Assembly (NCBI RefSeq): GCF_029011175.1
Contig: NZ_CP118946.1
Coordinates: 1,894,680 to 1,918,679 of the forward strand
Origin: Winkia neuii
Lineage (GTDB): Bacteria; Actinomycetota; Actinomycetes; Actinomycetales; Actinomycetaceae
Direction of reading: 5' to 3'
DNA length: 24,000 nt
Position numbers and translations under genes: made by a program. This document shows positions 8,159-16,159 of this stretch, piece by piece (the first letter of the stretch is position 1; every line of letters begins with the position of its first letter). The notes under the pieces are model-generated. The model had not been told where the DNA came from. It ran no database searches and worked only from the letters and a program-made list of their open reading frames with translations.

Positions 8159-9745
8159 ATGGACCTAATCATCACCGCAAACACCATTCACACCATGTCG
8201 GATGCTCCGGATACACCCCAGGCGTTAGGGATTACTGCCGGGCACATCGAAAAGGTGGGCTCGCTTGCCGAGGCCGATTCCTGGCAGGCCGACCACCGCG
8301 TCGACTACCAGGATGCCACCATCACTCCCGGCCTGACCGACGCGCACATTCACCCCATCTGGGGTCAGCACATCGCGCGCGGCACCTACTTGGGGAAGGC
8401 GAAGGATAGCGCCGAAGCTGCCAGTCTCCTCTTCGAAGCGGCAGGCGAAGTAGCGGAGGGCGAATGGGTATTTGCCTGGGGGCTTGAGCAGTCTGCTTTT
8501 GGCGAGGGCGCGCCCTCGGGTGCCGCTTTTACTGACGCCTTCCCAGACAATCCCGTCTTCGTGATGCTCTTCGATGGGCACGCCGCCGTGGCCAATGCCA
8601 AGGCGTTAGAGGCGGCAAATATTCGCGGCGCTGAAGAGCTGGCTGGGCCAGGACAGATCATTGTGGATCAGGATGGAAAACCAACCGGATTCTTGCGGGA
8701 AGCATCCGCCATCGACCGTCTAAAGGAAGCGGCCCCGCCACTCACCTTGCAGCAGAAGGTGAAGGACACTTTAGAGACTTTCCAGCAGATGGCGGCGAGC
8801 GGCCTTACTGGCGGCGAGATGTTGGATTTCGACGACCCGGAGTCCCTAGACGTGCTAGAGGCGATCGAAGCCCAGGGGGACTTACCTATCCGCTTGCGCA
8901 TCGCCCCCTGGATTTTGGCGGGGCACCCCGCCGAGCGAGTCCAGCAGGTGCTCGATCTACAAGGCAAGGCGGGCCGGCGCTATCAGGTGCGCGGAGCCAA
9001 GATGATGATCGACGGCACGATCGACAATGGCTCCGGCTGGCTGGCTGAGCCCGACACGAAAGGGGAAGGCACCAGCTCCTCTTGGGCCAACCCGCACGAT
9101 TACGTGCAGTTACTGCGCACTTTCGACGCGGCCGGGGTGCCGACCTCTACCCATGCCATTGGCGATCGCGGCATCGAGTTCGTCATCGACGCGATCCGTT
9201 CCCTGGGGCGAACTAAGGTGGTCCACCGAATCGAGCACATCGAGGAAATTACCGACGAGGGCGTTCGCGCCCTTGCTGAGTCCGGCATTTCCGCATCCAT
9301 GCAGCCCACCCATTGCACTCATTTCCTAGATCCGGATGGGGCCGACGCGTGGTCACGCAGGCTAGGACCGGAGAGGGCGAAGCTGGCGTTCCGACTAAAG
9401 GACGTCTACAAGGCCGCCGACCATTTAGCGCTGGGTTCGGACTGGCCTATTGCGGGTTCTGACCCCCGCGAGATCATGGCGGATGCCATCTCGCGCCAGC
9501 ACACCAAGGACCCGAATAGCAGGCCGATCAGCCCAGATCAGGCGCTCACCAACTTGCAGGCGTTGCAGTGCTACACGCGTGAAGTGGCGGCCTCTACTGG
9601 CGCGAGTGGCGGGGTTATAGAACCGGGGGCGTTGGCCGACCTGACGGTCTTTGCCGCAGATCCGCTGCAGCTACCCGCGAAAGAGCTTGCCGAGGTACAG
9701 ATCGTGGCTACCTACCTAGATGGCGTGCAGGTACACCATGGCTAA
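8159..9745 (+). CDS. Metal-dependent amidohydrolase (YtcJ-like, amidohydrolase-3 type)
   Basis: GLTDAHIHP (HxH metal site), MMIDGTIDNGSGWL, STHAIGDRG, IEHIE, LGSDWP. The 528-aa size is typical of the family. It starts 23 nt downstream of the permease. Confidence 0.88.
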   Translation: MDLIITANTIHTMSDAPDTPQALGITAGHIEKVGSLAEADSWQADHRVDYQDATITPGLTDAHIHPIWGQHIARGTYLGKAKDSAEAASLLFEAAGEVAEGEWVFAWGLEQSAFGEGAPSGAAFTDAFPDNPVFVMLFDGHAAVANAKALEAANIRGAEELAGPGQIIVDQDGKPTGFLREASAIDRLKEAAPPLTLQQKVKDTLETFQQMAASGLTGGEMLDFDDPESLDVLEAIEAQGDLPIRLRIAPWILAGHPAERVQQVLDLQGKAGRRYQVRGAKMMIDGTIDNGSGWLAEPDTKGEGTSSSWANPHDYVQLLRTFDAAGVPTSTHAIGDRGIEFVIDAIRSLGRTKVVHRIEHIEEITDEGVRALAESGISASMQPTHCTHFLDPDGADAWSRRLGPERAKLAFRLKDVYKAADHLALGSDWPIAGSDPREIMADAISRQHTKDPNSRPISPDQALTNLQALQCYTREVAASTGASGGVIEPGALADLTVFAADPLQLPAKELAEVQIVATYLDGVQVHHG

Positions 9746-9773
9746 CATGCCAGGCCAACAGGCCCCTTATCTG

Positions 9774-9802
9774 TTGAGGCGTTACCTATTTCACAGTACA
9801 TT
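9774..9802 (+). promoter_or_regulatory. Candidate sigma-A promoter of paralogue A (-35 TTGAGG, 17-nt spacer, -10 TACATT)
   Basis: Hexamers read directly. They sit within a ~45-nt block that is repeated upstream of paralogue B with the same hexamer positions and spacing. The block lies ~50 nt upstream of the ATG at 9852. Confidence 0.45.
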
Positions 9803-9851
9803 TTAGGTGATACATGTCTAAATAATTATTTAGCAGAAGGAAGACAAGCAA

Positions 9852-10565
9852 ATGTCTAGCCCATTCCAGTCCTCACCAGACGCCAATGCGGACAAGAACA
9901 ATAGCGGCGGCACTGGCAACCAGCAGCAGGGTTCCAGCCCCTTCCAAAATCCAGGTAGCCAGGGGCAGGGCTACCCGCAAAACGCGCCCCAAGGGTATGG
10001 CCAGCAGGGATACTCCAACCAGGGGCAGGGCTACTACCAGAGCTCACCCCAGGGATACGGGCAGCCACAATCGGGCTACTACCAAGCCCCGCAGCAAGGA
10101 GGGCCGATCTACCCTGGCCAGCAAAATCGGCAGCCAGAAGTAAAGAAAGAACGCAACAACATTGGCATTGCCGGCATCGCGGTTGCGGTAATCGGCATAA
10201 TCCTGGCATTCTTCAAGCCCACCCTGCCCATCGCCTGGCTGTGCGTCCTTGTAGCGTTGATCTTGACTGTTGCCGGATTTATCGTCAAGGGCAAGGAGCG
10301 GAAGACCGCGATCGGCGCCGCTGTTGCAACACTCTTGCTGATAATTGCCACGATCGCGATGACCTCTATCGCGGCATTCAAAATGTTCGACCCCGACAAG
10401 ATGAACTGGACCTACACCCAGAACATCAACGGCACACACAAGGAATACACCCACTACCCCAACGGCAAGACTCACATCAAGGAGTACACCGACGGCTCGG
10501 ACGGTGACGTCAAGGAATACGACGAGGGTGGAGACGAGGACCAGGACGATGACGGCAGCTTTTAG
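9852..10565 (+). CDS. Membrane protein, paralogue A: Q/G/Y/P-rich N-terminal low-complexity region, 3-TM core, short acidic C-terminal tail with KEY repeats
   Basis: GAAGGAAG lies 8 nt upstream of the ATG. N-terminus MSSPF.... The TM core IGIAGIAVAVIGIILAFFKPT...AWLCVLVALILTVAGFIVKGKERKTAIGA is about 75-80% identical to the core of 10702..11949. The tail reads HKEYTHYPNGKTHIKEYTDGSDGDVKEYDEGGDEDQDDDGSF. Confidence 0.85.
   Translation: MSSPFQSSPDANADKNNSGGTGNQQQGSSPFQNPGSQGQGYPQNAPQGYGQQGYSNQGQGYYQSSPQGYGQPQSGYYQAPQQGGPIYPGQQNRQPEVKKERNNIGIAGIAVAVIGIILAFFKPTLPIAWLCVLVALILTVAGFIVKGKERKTAIGAAVATLLLIIATIAMTSIAAFKMFDPDKMNWTYTQNINGTHKEYTHYPNGKTHIKEYTDGSDGDVKEYDEGGDEDQDDDGSF
9960..10079 (+). repeat. 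Intragenic tandem duplication, 2 x 60 nt (20-aa unit QGQGYxQxxPQGYGQ...)
   Basis: The 16-mer CCAGGGGCAGGGCTAC occurs at 9959..9974 and again at 10019..10034, an exact 60-nt period. The rest of each unit is conserved at the protein level with synonymous differences. Confidence 0.7.
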
Positions 10566-10621
10566 GGCACACCCATAGCCCACCTGCACAATCGTTCCGG
10601 ATACTACAGGTTCCTTATTTG

Positions 10622-10650
10622 TTGTGGCGTTATCCACCTCACAGTAAATT
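10622..10650 (+). promoter_or_regulatory. Candidate sigma-A promoter of paralogue B (-35 TTGTGG, 17-nt spacer, -10 TAAATT)
   Basis: Same architecture and flanking conserved block as 9774..9802: CAGGyyCCTTATyTGTTGwGGCGTTA...TCACAGTAmATT. Confidence 0.45.
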
Positions 10651-10701
10651 GCGAATTAATACACCCCAAAATGTTTAAATCAGAGAAGAAAGCACAGGCC
10701 A

Positions 10702-11949
10702 ATGTCGAGCCCATTTACACCACCCTCTGGCCCTAATAAGGACCAGGATAAATCCGCACGCACAAATCCTGGTGCGGCAGGATCCCAACCAGAAAAACCT
10801 GAAACTAAGCCGGGCAAGCCGCAGGCCCAGTCAGGCAATTCCCGGCCCCAGTCGGGCAGGCCCGAAGGCAATACTCCCTGGTCGCGGAGCGGCACATCCG
10901 CTGACCAGACTTCCCCCGCATTCCAAGCTCCGGTAAGTCAGCCTCACAATAGCCGGCCGCAGCCGGACCATAACCAGCAGTTTACGCAGGGCAACCAGGG
11001 CCAGCAGCAACAGGGTCCCCAAGGTTCGCAGGGCGGAATGGGGCCTTACACGGGCGCCAACTACAACCCGTACCAGAGACAAGGCACAACTCAGACTGGT
11101 AAGAAAGACCTAAACTATGTCGGCATCGCCGGCATCGCAGTTGCCGTAATCGGTATCATCCTGGCATTCTTCAAGCCCACTATTATCGCTGCCTGGCTCT
11201 GCATCCTGATCGCGTTGGCCCTGGTGGTCGCCGGATTCATCGTGAAGAATAAGGAACGCAAGACCGTCATTGGCGCTCTTGTCCTAACGGGCATTCTTGG
11301 TCTTACCGCCATATTCACAACCGGGAAGGCACTGATGGACGCGGGCTTGGCGTCGATCTCTTACCGCCCTCACAATGACACGCATTACTCTGAAAAAGCC
11401 GATCCCTCCCAAAAAGCTGACGAGGATTCTTCTGACGATGCTGTGCCCTCGAAAGAGGACGGTAAGGACGATGCTGACCAGGACAAGAAATCGGCTTCTA
11501 AGAGCGTGGGCACTAGGGCCAACCCGTACAAGCTTGGCCAGGACGTCGAAACCACAGAGTGGGTTATCAAGATAAATTCCTTCAAGCGAAACGCAGATAA
11601 AGAAGTCCTCGCTGCGAACAGATTCAACGAGCCACCAGCAGACGGTAACGAATACGCCATTGCGAATGTCACCGCGAAATATAAGGGATCAGCTGACCCG
11701 CAGCACCCCGATGAGGCCGGTATACCCAGCCTGCTGCGAGTGACTTTCGTTGCCGAGGACGGGAAGAGCTACAACCGCACTAGCCACGTCATTGTGTACG
11801 ACTCCACGAGAAACGGCTCCGGAGAGCTCTACGAGGGCGGTACTGCAACATTCAATGAGGTTATTGAGGTGCCCAAGGGCGCCAAGGGCGTAATAACCAT
11901 GCGGCCTTCCTACGATGAAGACCCCGTCTTCATCAAAGTGCAGAAATAG
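10702..11949 (+). CDS. Membrane protein, paralogue B: P/Q/S/G-rich N-terminus, the same 3-TM core, acidic linker and a C-terminal DUF4352-like beta-sandwich ectodomain
   Basis: N-terminus MSSPF.... Core VGIAGIAVAVIGIILAFFKPT...AWLCILIALALVVAGFIVKNKERKTVIGA. The C-terminal ~150 aa (RANPYKLGQDVETTEWVIKINSFKRNADKEVLAANRFNEPPADGNEYAIANVTAKYKGS...) resembles the DUF4352 pattern as I recall it. Confidence 0.85.
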   Translation: MSSPFTPPSGPNKDQDKSARTNPGAAGSQPEKPETKPGKPQAQSGNSRPQSGRPEGNTPWSRSGTSADQTSPAFQAPVSQPHNSRPQPDHNQQFTQGNQGQQQQGPQGSQGGMGPYTGANYNPYQRQGTTQTGKKDLNYVGIAGIAVAVIGIILAFFKPTIIAAWLCILIALALVVAGFIVKNKERKTVIGALVLTGILGLTAIFTTGKALMDAGLASISYRPHNDTHYSEKADPSQKADEDSSDDAVPSKEDGKDDADQDKKSASKSVGTRANPYKLGQDVETTEWVIKINSFKRNADKEVLAANRFNEPPADGNEYAIANVTAKYKGSADPQHPDEAGIPSLLRVTFVAEDGKSYNRTSHVIVYDSTRNGSGELYEGGTATFNEVIEVPKGAKGVITMRPSYDEDPVFIKVQK

Positions 11950-11980
11950 CCTTTAGCGTTGCGGACTACGGCAACCGGTA

Positions 11981-12020
11981 GCGACCTCCGCAGGCAATGT
12001 GCGGAGGTCGCAGCGTCTTT
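11981..12020 (+). terminator. Intrinsic terminator after paralogue B
   Basis: Perfect 12-bp stem GCGACCTCCGCA (11981..11992) / TGCGGAGGTCGC (12000..12011) with a 7-nt loop, followed by AGCGTCTTT. It starts 32 nt after the stop codon. Confidence 0.7.
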
Positions 12021-12128
12021 ACAGCAAGTTGCCGGCACCTGAGGGGTACATGTTTGCCGTATCGCAGACACGAAGCCTGGGCCCGCATACCATGGGATGG
12101 TCTGATCCCTCGTTGGCATGGAGACAAT

Positions 12129-12749
12129 ATGGATCCCCGGGAGCGCGAAGTGCGTCGACGCATGCGCGAAAATGAGCTCTACCTTGATTTTGGTCCAGGT
12201 TTGGAGGTGCTTGAAGAGGAGCGCATTCACGGCAAGGAGTTGGCTGACAAGTACAACCGCACTTCGGCCAGGGATAGTGCTGGCAGGACTCGGTTGCTGC
12301 AGCGGTTGTTCGCGCATGTGGGTAAGGACGTGTGCGTAGAACCGCCATTGCATGTGGCTTATGGTTCTAACACCAGCGTGGGCAATGACGTGTACATGAA
12401 TTTTGGGACGACCCTGGTGGATGATAGTGAGATTCAAATTGGCAACCAGGTGCTGATTGGTCCGAACTGCACGTTGTCTACGGCGGGCCACCCGATCGAC
12501 CCGGAATTGCGGGCTACTTACGCCCAGTTTTCCAGCAAGATCACTCTTGAGGACAAGGTGTGGCTTGGCGCTAACGTGACAGTGCTGCCGGGCGTAACCA
12601 TTGGCCAGGGCGCAGTGGTTGCTGCCGGTTCGGTGGTTACGGCGAACGTGCCTGCCAGGGTGGTAGTGGGCGGTGTCCCTGCCAAAATTTTGCGCCACAT
12701 TACCGATGCGGACAAGGAGTTCACCTACAAGCCGCCGAAGGATCTGTAA
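12129..12749 (+). CDS. maa: Maltose/galactoside O-acetyltransferase (left-handed beta-helix, hexapeptide repeats)
   Basis: Aligns by eye along its length with E. coli Maa: ELY...RL(F)..VG....VEPP...YG.N..VGN..YMNF....D...I.IG..V.IGPN..L.TAGHPIDPELR...WLGANVTVLPGVTIG.GAVVAAGSVVT..VP...VVGGVPAKI. I prefer the ATG at 12129 (GGAGA upstream, ~206 aa, the normal family size). The ORF track's 11997 start would run through the upstream terminator. Confidence 0.88.
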   Translation: MDPREREVRRRMRENELYLDFGPGLEVLEEERIHGKELADKYNRTSARDSAGRTRLLQRLFAHVGKDVCVEPPLHVAYGSNTSVGNDVYMNFGTTLVDDSEIQIGNQVLIGPNCTLSTAGHPIDPELRATYAQFSSKITLEDKVWLGANVTVLPGVTIGQGAVVAAGSVVTANVPARVVVGGVPAKILRHITDADKEFTYKPPKDL

Positions 12750-12777
12750 CTAGGGTTCGCCCTCGGGATAGCCGCCT

Positions 12778-13911
12778 TTACTTTTCCAGGCGATGCCGAA
12801 TCCAGGTGCGGAAGGCTACGGCTGCAGCGCCCCTAGCCCAATCAACGAAGGCCCCATCGCGCACGTGCAGAGTCAGGCCAGGTTCATCCGGATCGTGCAT
12901 TTGGGCCAGCTTTTCTTTCACGGCCAGTTCCTGCCACCCTGCCAGTTGGGCCAGTTCGCCTCCCACTACTACCTGGGAGACCATCGACACGTTGCCAACT
13001 ATAACGATGGTGCGGCACAGAGCTTGCGCGTAGTTTTCAAGCACGGCTATCCCAGCAGGGTCGCCCTCTTGCACTATTTGCCGCAAACTGGAAGCAAATT
13101 GGTCGGCGTCTGCAATGTATGCGACGGGTACCCCAACCGCGTGCATGTCATGCGCGAGGGCGGGCATCGACAAGACGGCGCTGGCACATCCACGATGGCC
13201 TAGTTTGCACACCACCTCGGGGCCGGCAACCGGCACATGTCCAATAAGTCCAATCCCGGAATACGGGCTGTCAAGGAGTTTCCGCTCCCTTACCACCGCG
13301 TGACCGACCCCCATTCCGGTGGTCACTATGGCAAAGTCGGAATACTGCCGCCCCACTCCGTACCAGAGCTCTCCGAGGGCGAAAGCATCCGCGTCGTTCA
13401 CAAATACCGTAGGTTTCTTCCGCCCCCACTGCGCACCAAGATCCACCTGCCGCCATCCATAAAACGGTGCCCGCGTCACGTACCCGGCAGGGCTTATTGC
13501 TCCGCCTAGAGAAACTCCTGTAGCGGTTATCGGGCGATCGGCCTCCGCAGCCAATTCGCGCAACAGCTCTTTGCCTAGGGCTGCCACTGCCGCAACCGAA
13601 TGGTCTGACAGTTCAGCCTCTAACGATTCACGCACCTGTCCGCGCGCGTCCATGAGCACGGCAGTGGCACCACTGGTGTGGAACGTAATGCCGGCCAGCA
13701 ACAATTTTGAAGATGGCTGTACAGCAACCACCGGCCGCCCCAGCGTGGGCTGGGTTTCTTCGCCCTCTTCTACTATTCCGGCTCCAAGAAGTTCCTTCAC
13801 CAGCCTGGTGGCTGACGCCGGCGACAATTCCAGCGTGGCGGCAAGACTGCGCCTACCCACCGGCGCTGAACGCACAATCTCGTATGCGAGCTGCAGGGCA
13901 GTTGACCCCAT
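12778..13911 (-). CDS. ROK-family transcriptional regulator (NagC/Mlc/XylR-like)
   Basis: N-terminal winged HTH RRSLAATLELSPASATRLVKELLGAGIV. ROK body with the zinc-region motif GHVPVAGPEVVCKLGHRGCASAV; the second Cys of the usual CxCGxxGC is Leu here. Divergent from the alpha-galactosidase operon. Confidence 0.88.
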   Translation of the reverse strand: MGSTALQLAYEIVRSAPVGRRSLAATLELSPASATRLVKELLGAGIVEEGEETQPTLGRPVVAVQPSSKLLLAGITFHTSGATAVLMDARGQVRESLEAELSDHSVAAVAALGKELLRELAAEADRPITATGVSLGGAISPAGYVTRAPFYGWRQVDLGAQWGRKKPTVFVNDADAFALGELWYGVGRQYSDFAIVTTGMGVGHAVVRERKLLDSPYSGIGLIGHVPVAGPEVVCKLGHRGCASAVLSMPALAHDMHAVGVPVAYIADADQFASSLRQIVQEGDPAGIAVLENYAQALCRTIVIVGNVSMVSQVVVGGELAQLAGWQELAVKEKLAQMHDPDEPGLTLHVRDGAFVDWARGAAAVAFRTWIRHRLEK

Positions 13912-13958
13912 CGTCGTCCCCCATTCCCCTCATGCTGACTAGGTTTATCCCGCATTGG

Positions 13959-13982
13959 CTTTTATTTTACCGCAAAACAAAG
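13959..13982. promoter_or_regulatory. Candidate operator: imperfect A/T-armed palindrome with a GC core (CTTTTATTTTACCGCAAAACAAAG)
   Basis: Read directly. A/T-rich arms flank a central CCGC, in the style of NagC/Mlc-type ROK operators. It lies in the 111-nt divergent region, 41-64 nt upstream of the aga ATG. Confidence 0.35.
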
Positions 13983-13983
13983 T

Positions 13984-14013
13984 AGAGTCGAAGTATCACT
14001 TTTCAGAGTCGAA
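13984..14013 (+). promoter_or_regulatory. Direct repeat AGAGTCGAA x2 with 21-bp phasing, immediately upstream of aga
   Basis: Exact 9-mers at 13984..13992 and 14005..14013. The second runs into the RBS (AGAGTCGAAAGG). Confidence 0.35.
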
Positions 14014-14022
14014 AGGTACCTC

Positions 14023-16149
14023 ATGGCGCAGCCGCATATCATCACCCTATCCCGGGGTGGAACCTCATTAGTTTTAGATGTAACACCTGTTCACACGGCT
14101 ACTCCAATTTATTGGGGCAAGCAGCTACCAGTCGCATCTGACTCCACCCCCCTTGCCGCAAAGTTTTTCACCCCCGGCCTGGCCCCTAGCGCCACCGACT
14201 TACCAGCCACACTTAATTTGATTCCGCAACAATCGAATGGCTGGTTAGGGACACTTGGGCTAATCGGGTCCAGGCAGGGCAAAGACTTCGCCCCCCAGTT
14301 CTCGCTGACCGCCACAAAGGTGGAAGACGCCAGTGCAGAGCTGTCCTACGAGGCCGCCGACGCCGGCCTCGAACTGCGCCTACATCTACAAGTAACCCCA
14401 TCTGGTCTCGTACAGGCCAACGCCACCCTGACCAACACTGGACAGGATCCGTACGAACTAACCCGCCTGGCCCTGGCTCTACCTACCCCGGCACGCGAGA
14501 GTCGCGTCCTGGACCTGGCATCCCGGCACCTGCGCGAACGCAACCTGCAAACCCACGAGTTCACCATCGGTACCCACACCAGGCAGAACATGGTCAGTCG
14601 CGACTTTGCAGGCTCCACCCTGCACGGCACCTGCACTCCGGGTCCTACCTGGACTGATGGAAGTGCCCACCTTCTCCACGTGGCCTACTCCGGCTCAACC
14701 CAAACGTGGGCAGAAAAGACGAATTCGGGGATCACGTATCTGGCCGGCGGCGAATACTTGTACCCCGGCGAAGTAGTACTGCAAAGCGGCGAAAGCTACA
14801 CCAGCCCCACCATGCTGGCCTCCTGGGGAGCAGGCCTCAACGACGCCGCCGCCCGCTACCACGGCTACGTGCGCGCCCTCCCGGCACACCCCGACACCCC
14901 CCGGCCCGTCACCCTGAACGCGTGGGAAGCAGTCTACTTTGACCACACCTTGCAGCCCCTCCTAGACCTGGTAGACGAAGCGGCAGCCATCGGCGTGGAG
15001 CGATTTGTCCTGGACGACGGATGGTTCGGCTCCCGGCGCGACGACACTAAAGGCCTGGGCGATTGGCACGTCAGCGACGAAGCCTGGCCGCAGGGGCTTT
15101 CCCCCATCGTCGATGCCGTCACCAGCAAAGGCATGCAATTTGGCCTGTGGTTCGAACCCGAAATGGTAAACCCCGACTCTGACCTGGCCCGCGCCCACCC
15201 CGAGTGGATCCTGGCCCCCACCCGCGAGCGCTCCCCCATGGAAGGACGCCACCAGCAGGTGCTGAATCTGGGCATTAAAGAATGCTTCGACTACCTTTAC
15301 AACGCCATTGCGAGCCTGCTTAGCGAATACCAAATTTCGTACATCAAGTGGGATTACAACCGCGACATTCTAGAGGGCGGCTCCCGCCTTACCGGTCGGC
15401 CTGCCTACCGCGATCACGCCCTCGCCCTGTATGCCCTGCTAGATAAGCTGCGCGCGCAGTTCCCGCACCTAGAGATCGAGTCCTGTTCTTCCGGGGGCGG
15501 GCGAATCGACCTGGGCATCATGGCGCACTGCCAGCGCGTATGGGGGTCGGACTGCATTGATCCGCTGGAGCGGCAGGGCATTCACAGGGGTGAACTATTA
15601 CTGTTGCCGCCCGAGGTAATCGGATCGCACGTAGCCTCCACCACCTCGCACACTACTGGGCGAGCGCACTCGATCGACTACCGCGCGATTACCGCCCTCT
15701 TCCAGCACATGGGCATCGAATGGGACCTGCGCAAGGCCACGCCCACCGAGAAGGAGCGGCTAGCCGCCTGGATCAAGGTGTACAAGGAACATCGGGGACT
15801 GCTGCATTCCGGCAAAACCGTGCGCGCAGACTACCCCGATGCGGCACTGAGCTGCCGCGGAGTGGTGGGGAACGGGCAGGCCATCTTCGAGCTCAGCTGC
15901 ACTTCGACCTCGGCAAGTGCGCCCTTTGCGCCCCTCACCTTGCCGGGACTTGCCCCCGAGGGCGAATACGAAGTTCGCCTGCTAGGACCCACCCAAACCG
16001 TGTTCGACCTTCGGAGCGCCCCCGCATGGTGGCCACCCGAGGGCGAAGCCGTAGCCATTCCTGGAGCCGTGCTATGCCAAGTCGGCCTTCCCATCCCAAC
16101 GCTGATTCCCGAATCCGCGCTGCTTTTGCAAGTTTCAAAGAAGAACTAG
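14023..16149 (+). CDS. aga: Alpha-galactosidase, glycoside hydrolase family 36
   Basis: FVLDDGWFGSRRDDTKGLGDW, FGLWFEPEMVNPDS, YIKWDYNRD (nucleophile box), ESCSSGGGRIDLG (acid/base box). 708 aa. GAAAGG lies 6 nt upstream of the ATG. Confidence 0.95.
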   Translation: MAQPHIITLSRGGTSLVLDVTPVHTATPIYWGKQLPVASDSTPLAAKFFTPGLAPSATDLPATLNLIPQQSNGWLGTLGLIGSRQGKDFAPQFSLTATKVEDASAELSYEAADAGLELRLHLQVTPSGLVQANATLTNTGQDPYELTRLALALPTPARESRVLDLASRHLRERNLQTHEFTIGTHTRQNMVSRDFAGSTLHGTCTPGPTWTDGSAHLLHVAYSGSTQTWAEKTNSGITYLAGGEYLYPGEVVLQSGESYTSPTMLASWGAGLNDAAARYHGYVRALPAHPDTPRPVTLNAWEAVYFDHTLQPLLDLVDEAAAIGVERFVLDDGWFGSRRDDTKGLGDWHVSDEAWPQGLSPIVDAVTSKGMQFGLWFEPEMVNPDSDLARAHPEWILAPTRERSPMEGRHQQVLNLGIKECFDYLYNAIASLLSEYQISYIKWDYNRDILEGGSRLTGRPAYRDHALALYALLDKLRAQFPHLEIESCSSGGGRIDLGIMAHCQRVWGSDCIDPLERQGIHRGELLLLPPEVIGSHVASTTSHTTGRAHSIDYRAITALFQHMGIEWDLRKATPTEKERLAAWIKVYKEHRGLLHSGKTVRADYPDAALSCRGVVGNGQAIFELSCTSTSASAPFAPLTLPGLAPEGEYEVRLLGPTQTVFDLRSAPAWWPPEGEAVAIPGAVLCQVGLPIPTLIPESALLLQVSKKN

Positions 16150-16159
16150 GAAGCAAGCC

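Noticed and set aside
10044-10637. 197-aa minus-strand ORF
   Set aside because: It is antisense to paralogue A, whose frame is supported by the RBS, the TM core shared with paralogue B and the periodic repeat. The composition is low-complexity Val/Gly/Asp shadow translation.
11910-12698. 262-aa minus-strand ORF
   Set aside because: It is antisense to the hexapeptide acetyltransferase, which aligns along its whole length with Maa. The composition is Arg/His-rich, there is no motif, and it would run through the 11981..12020 terminator.
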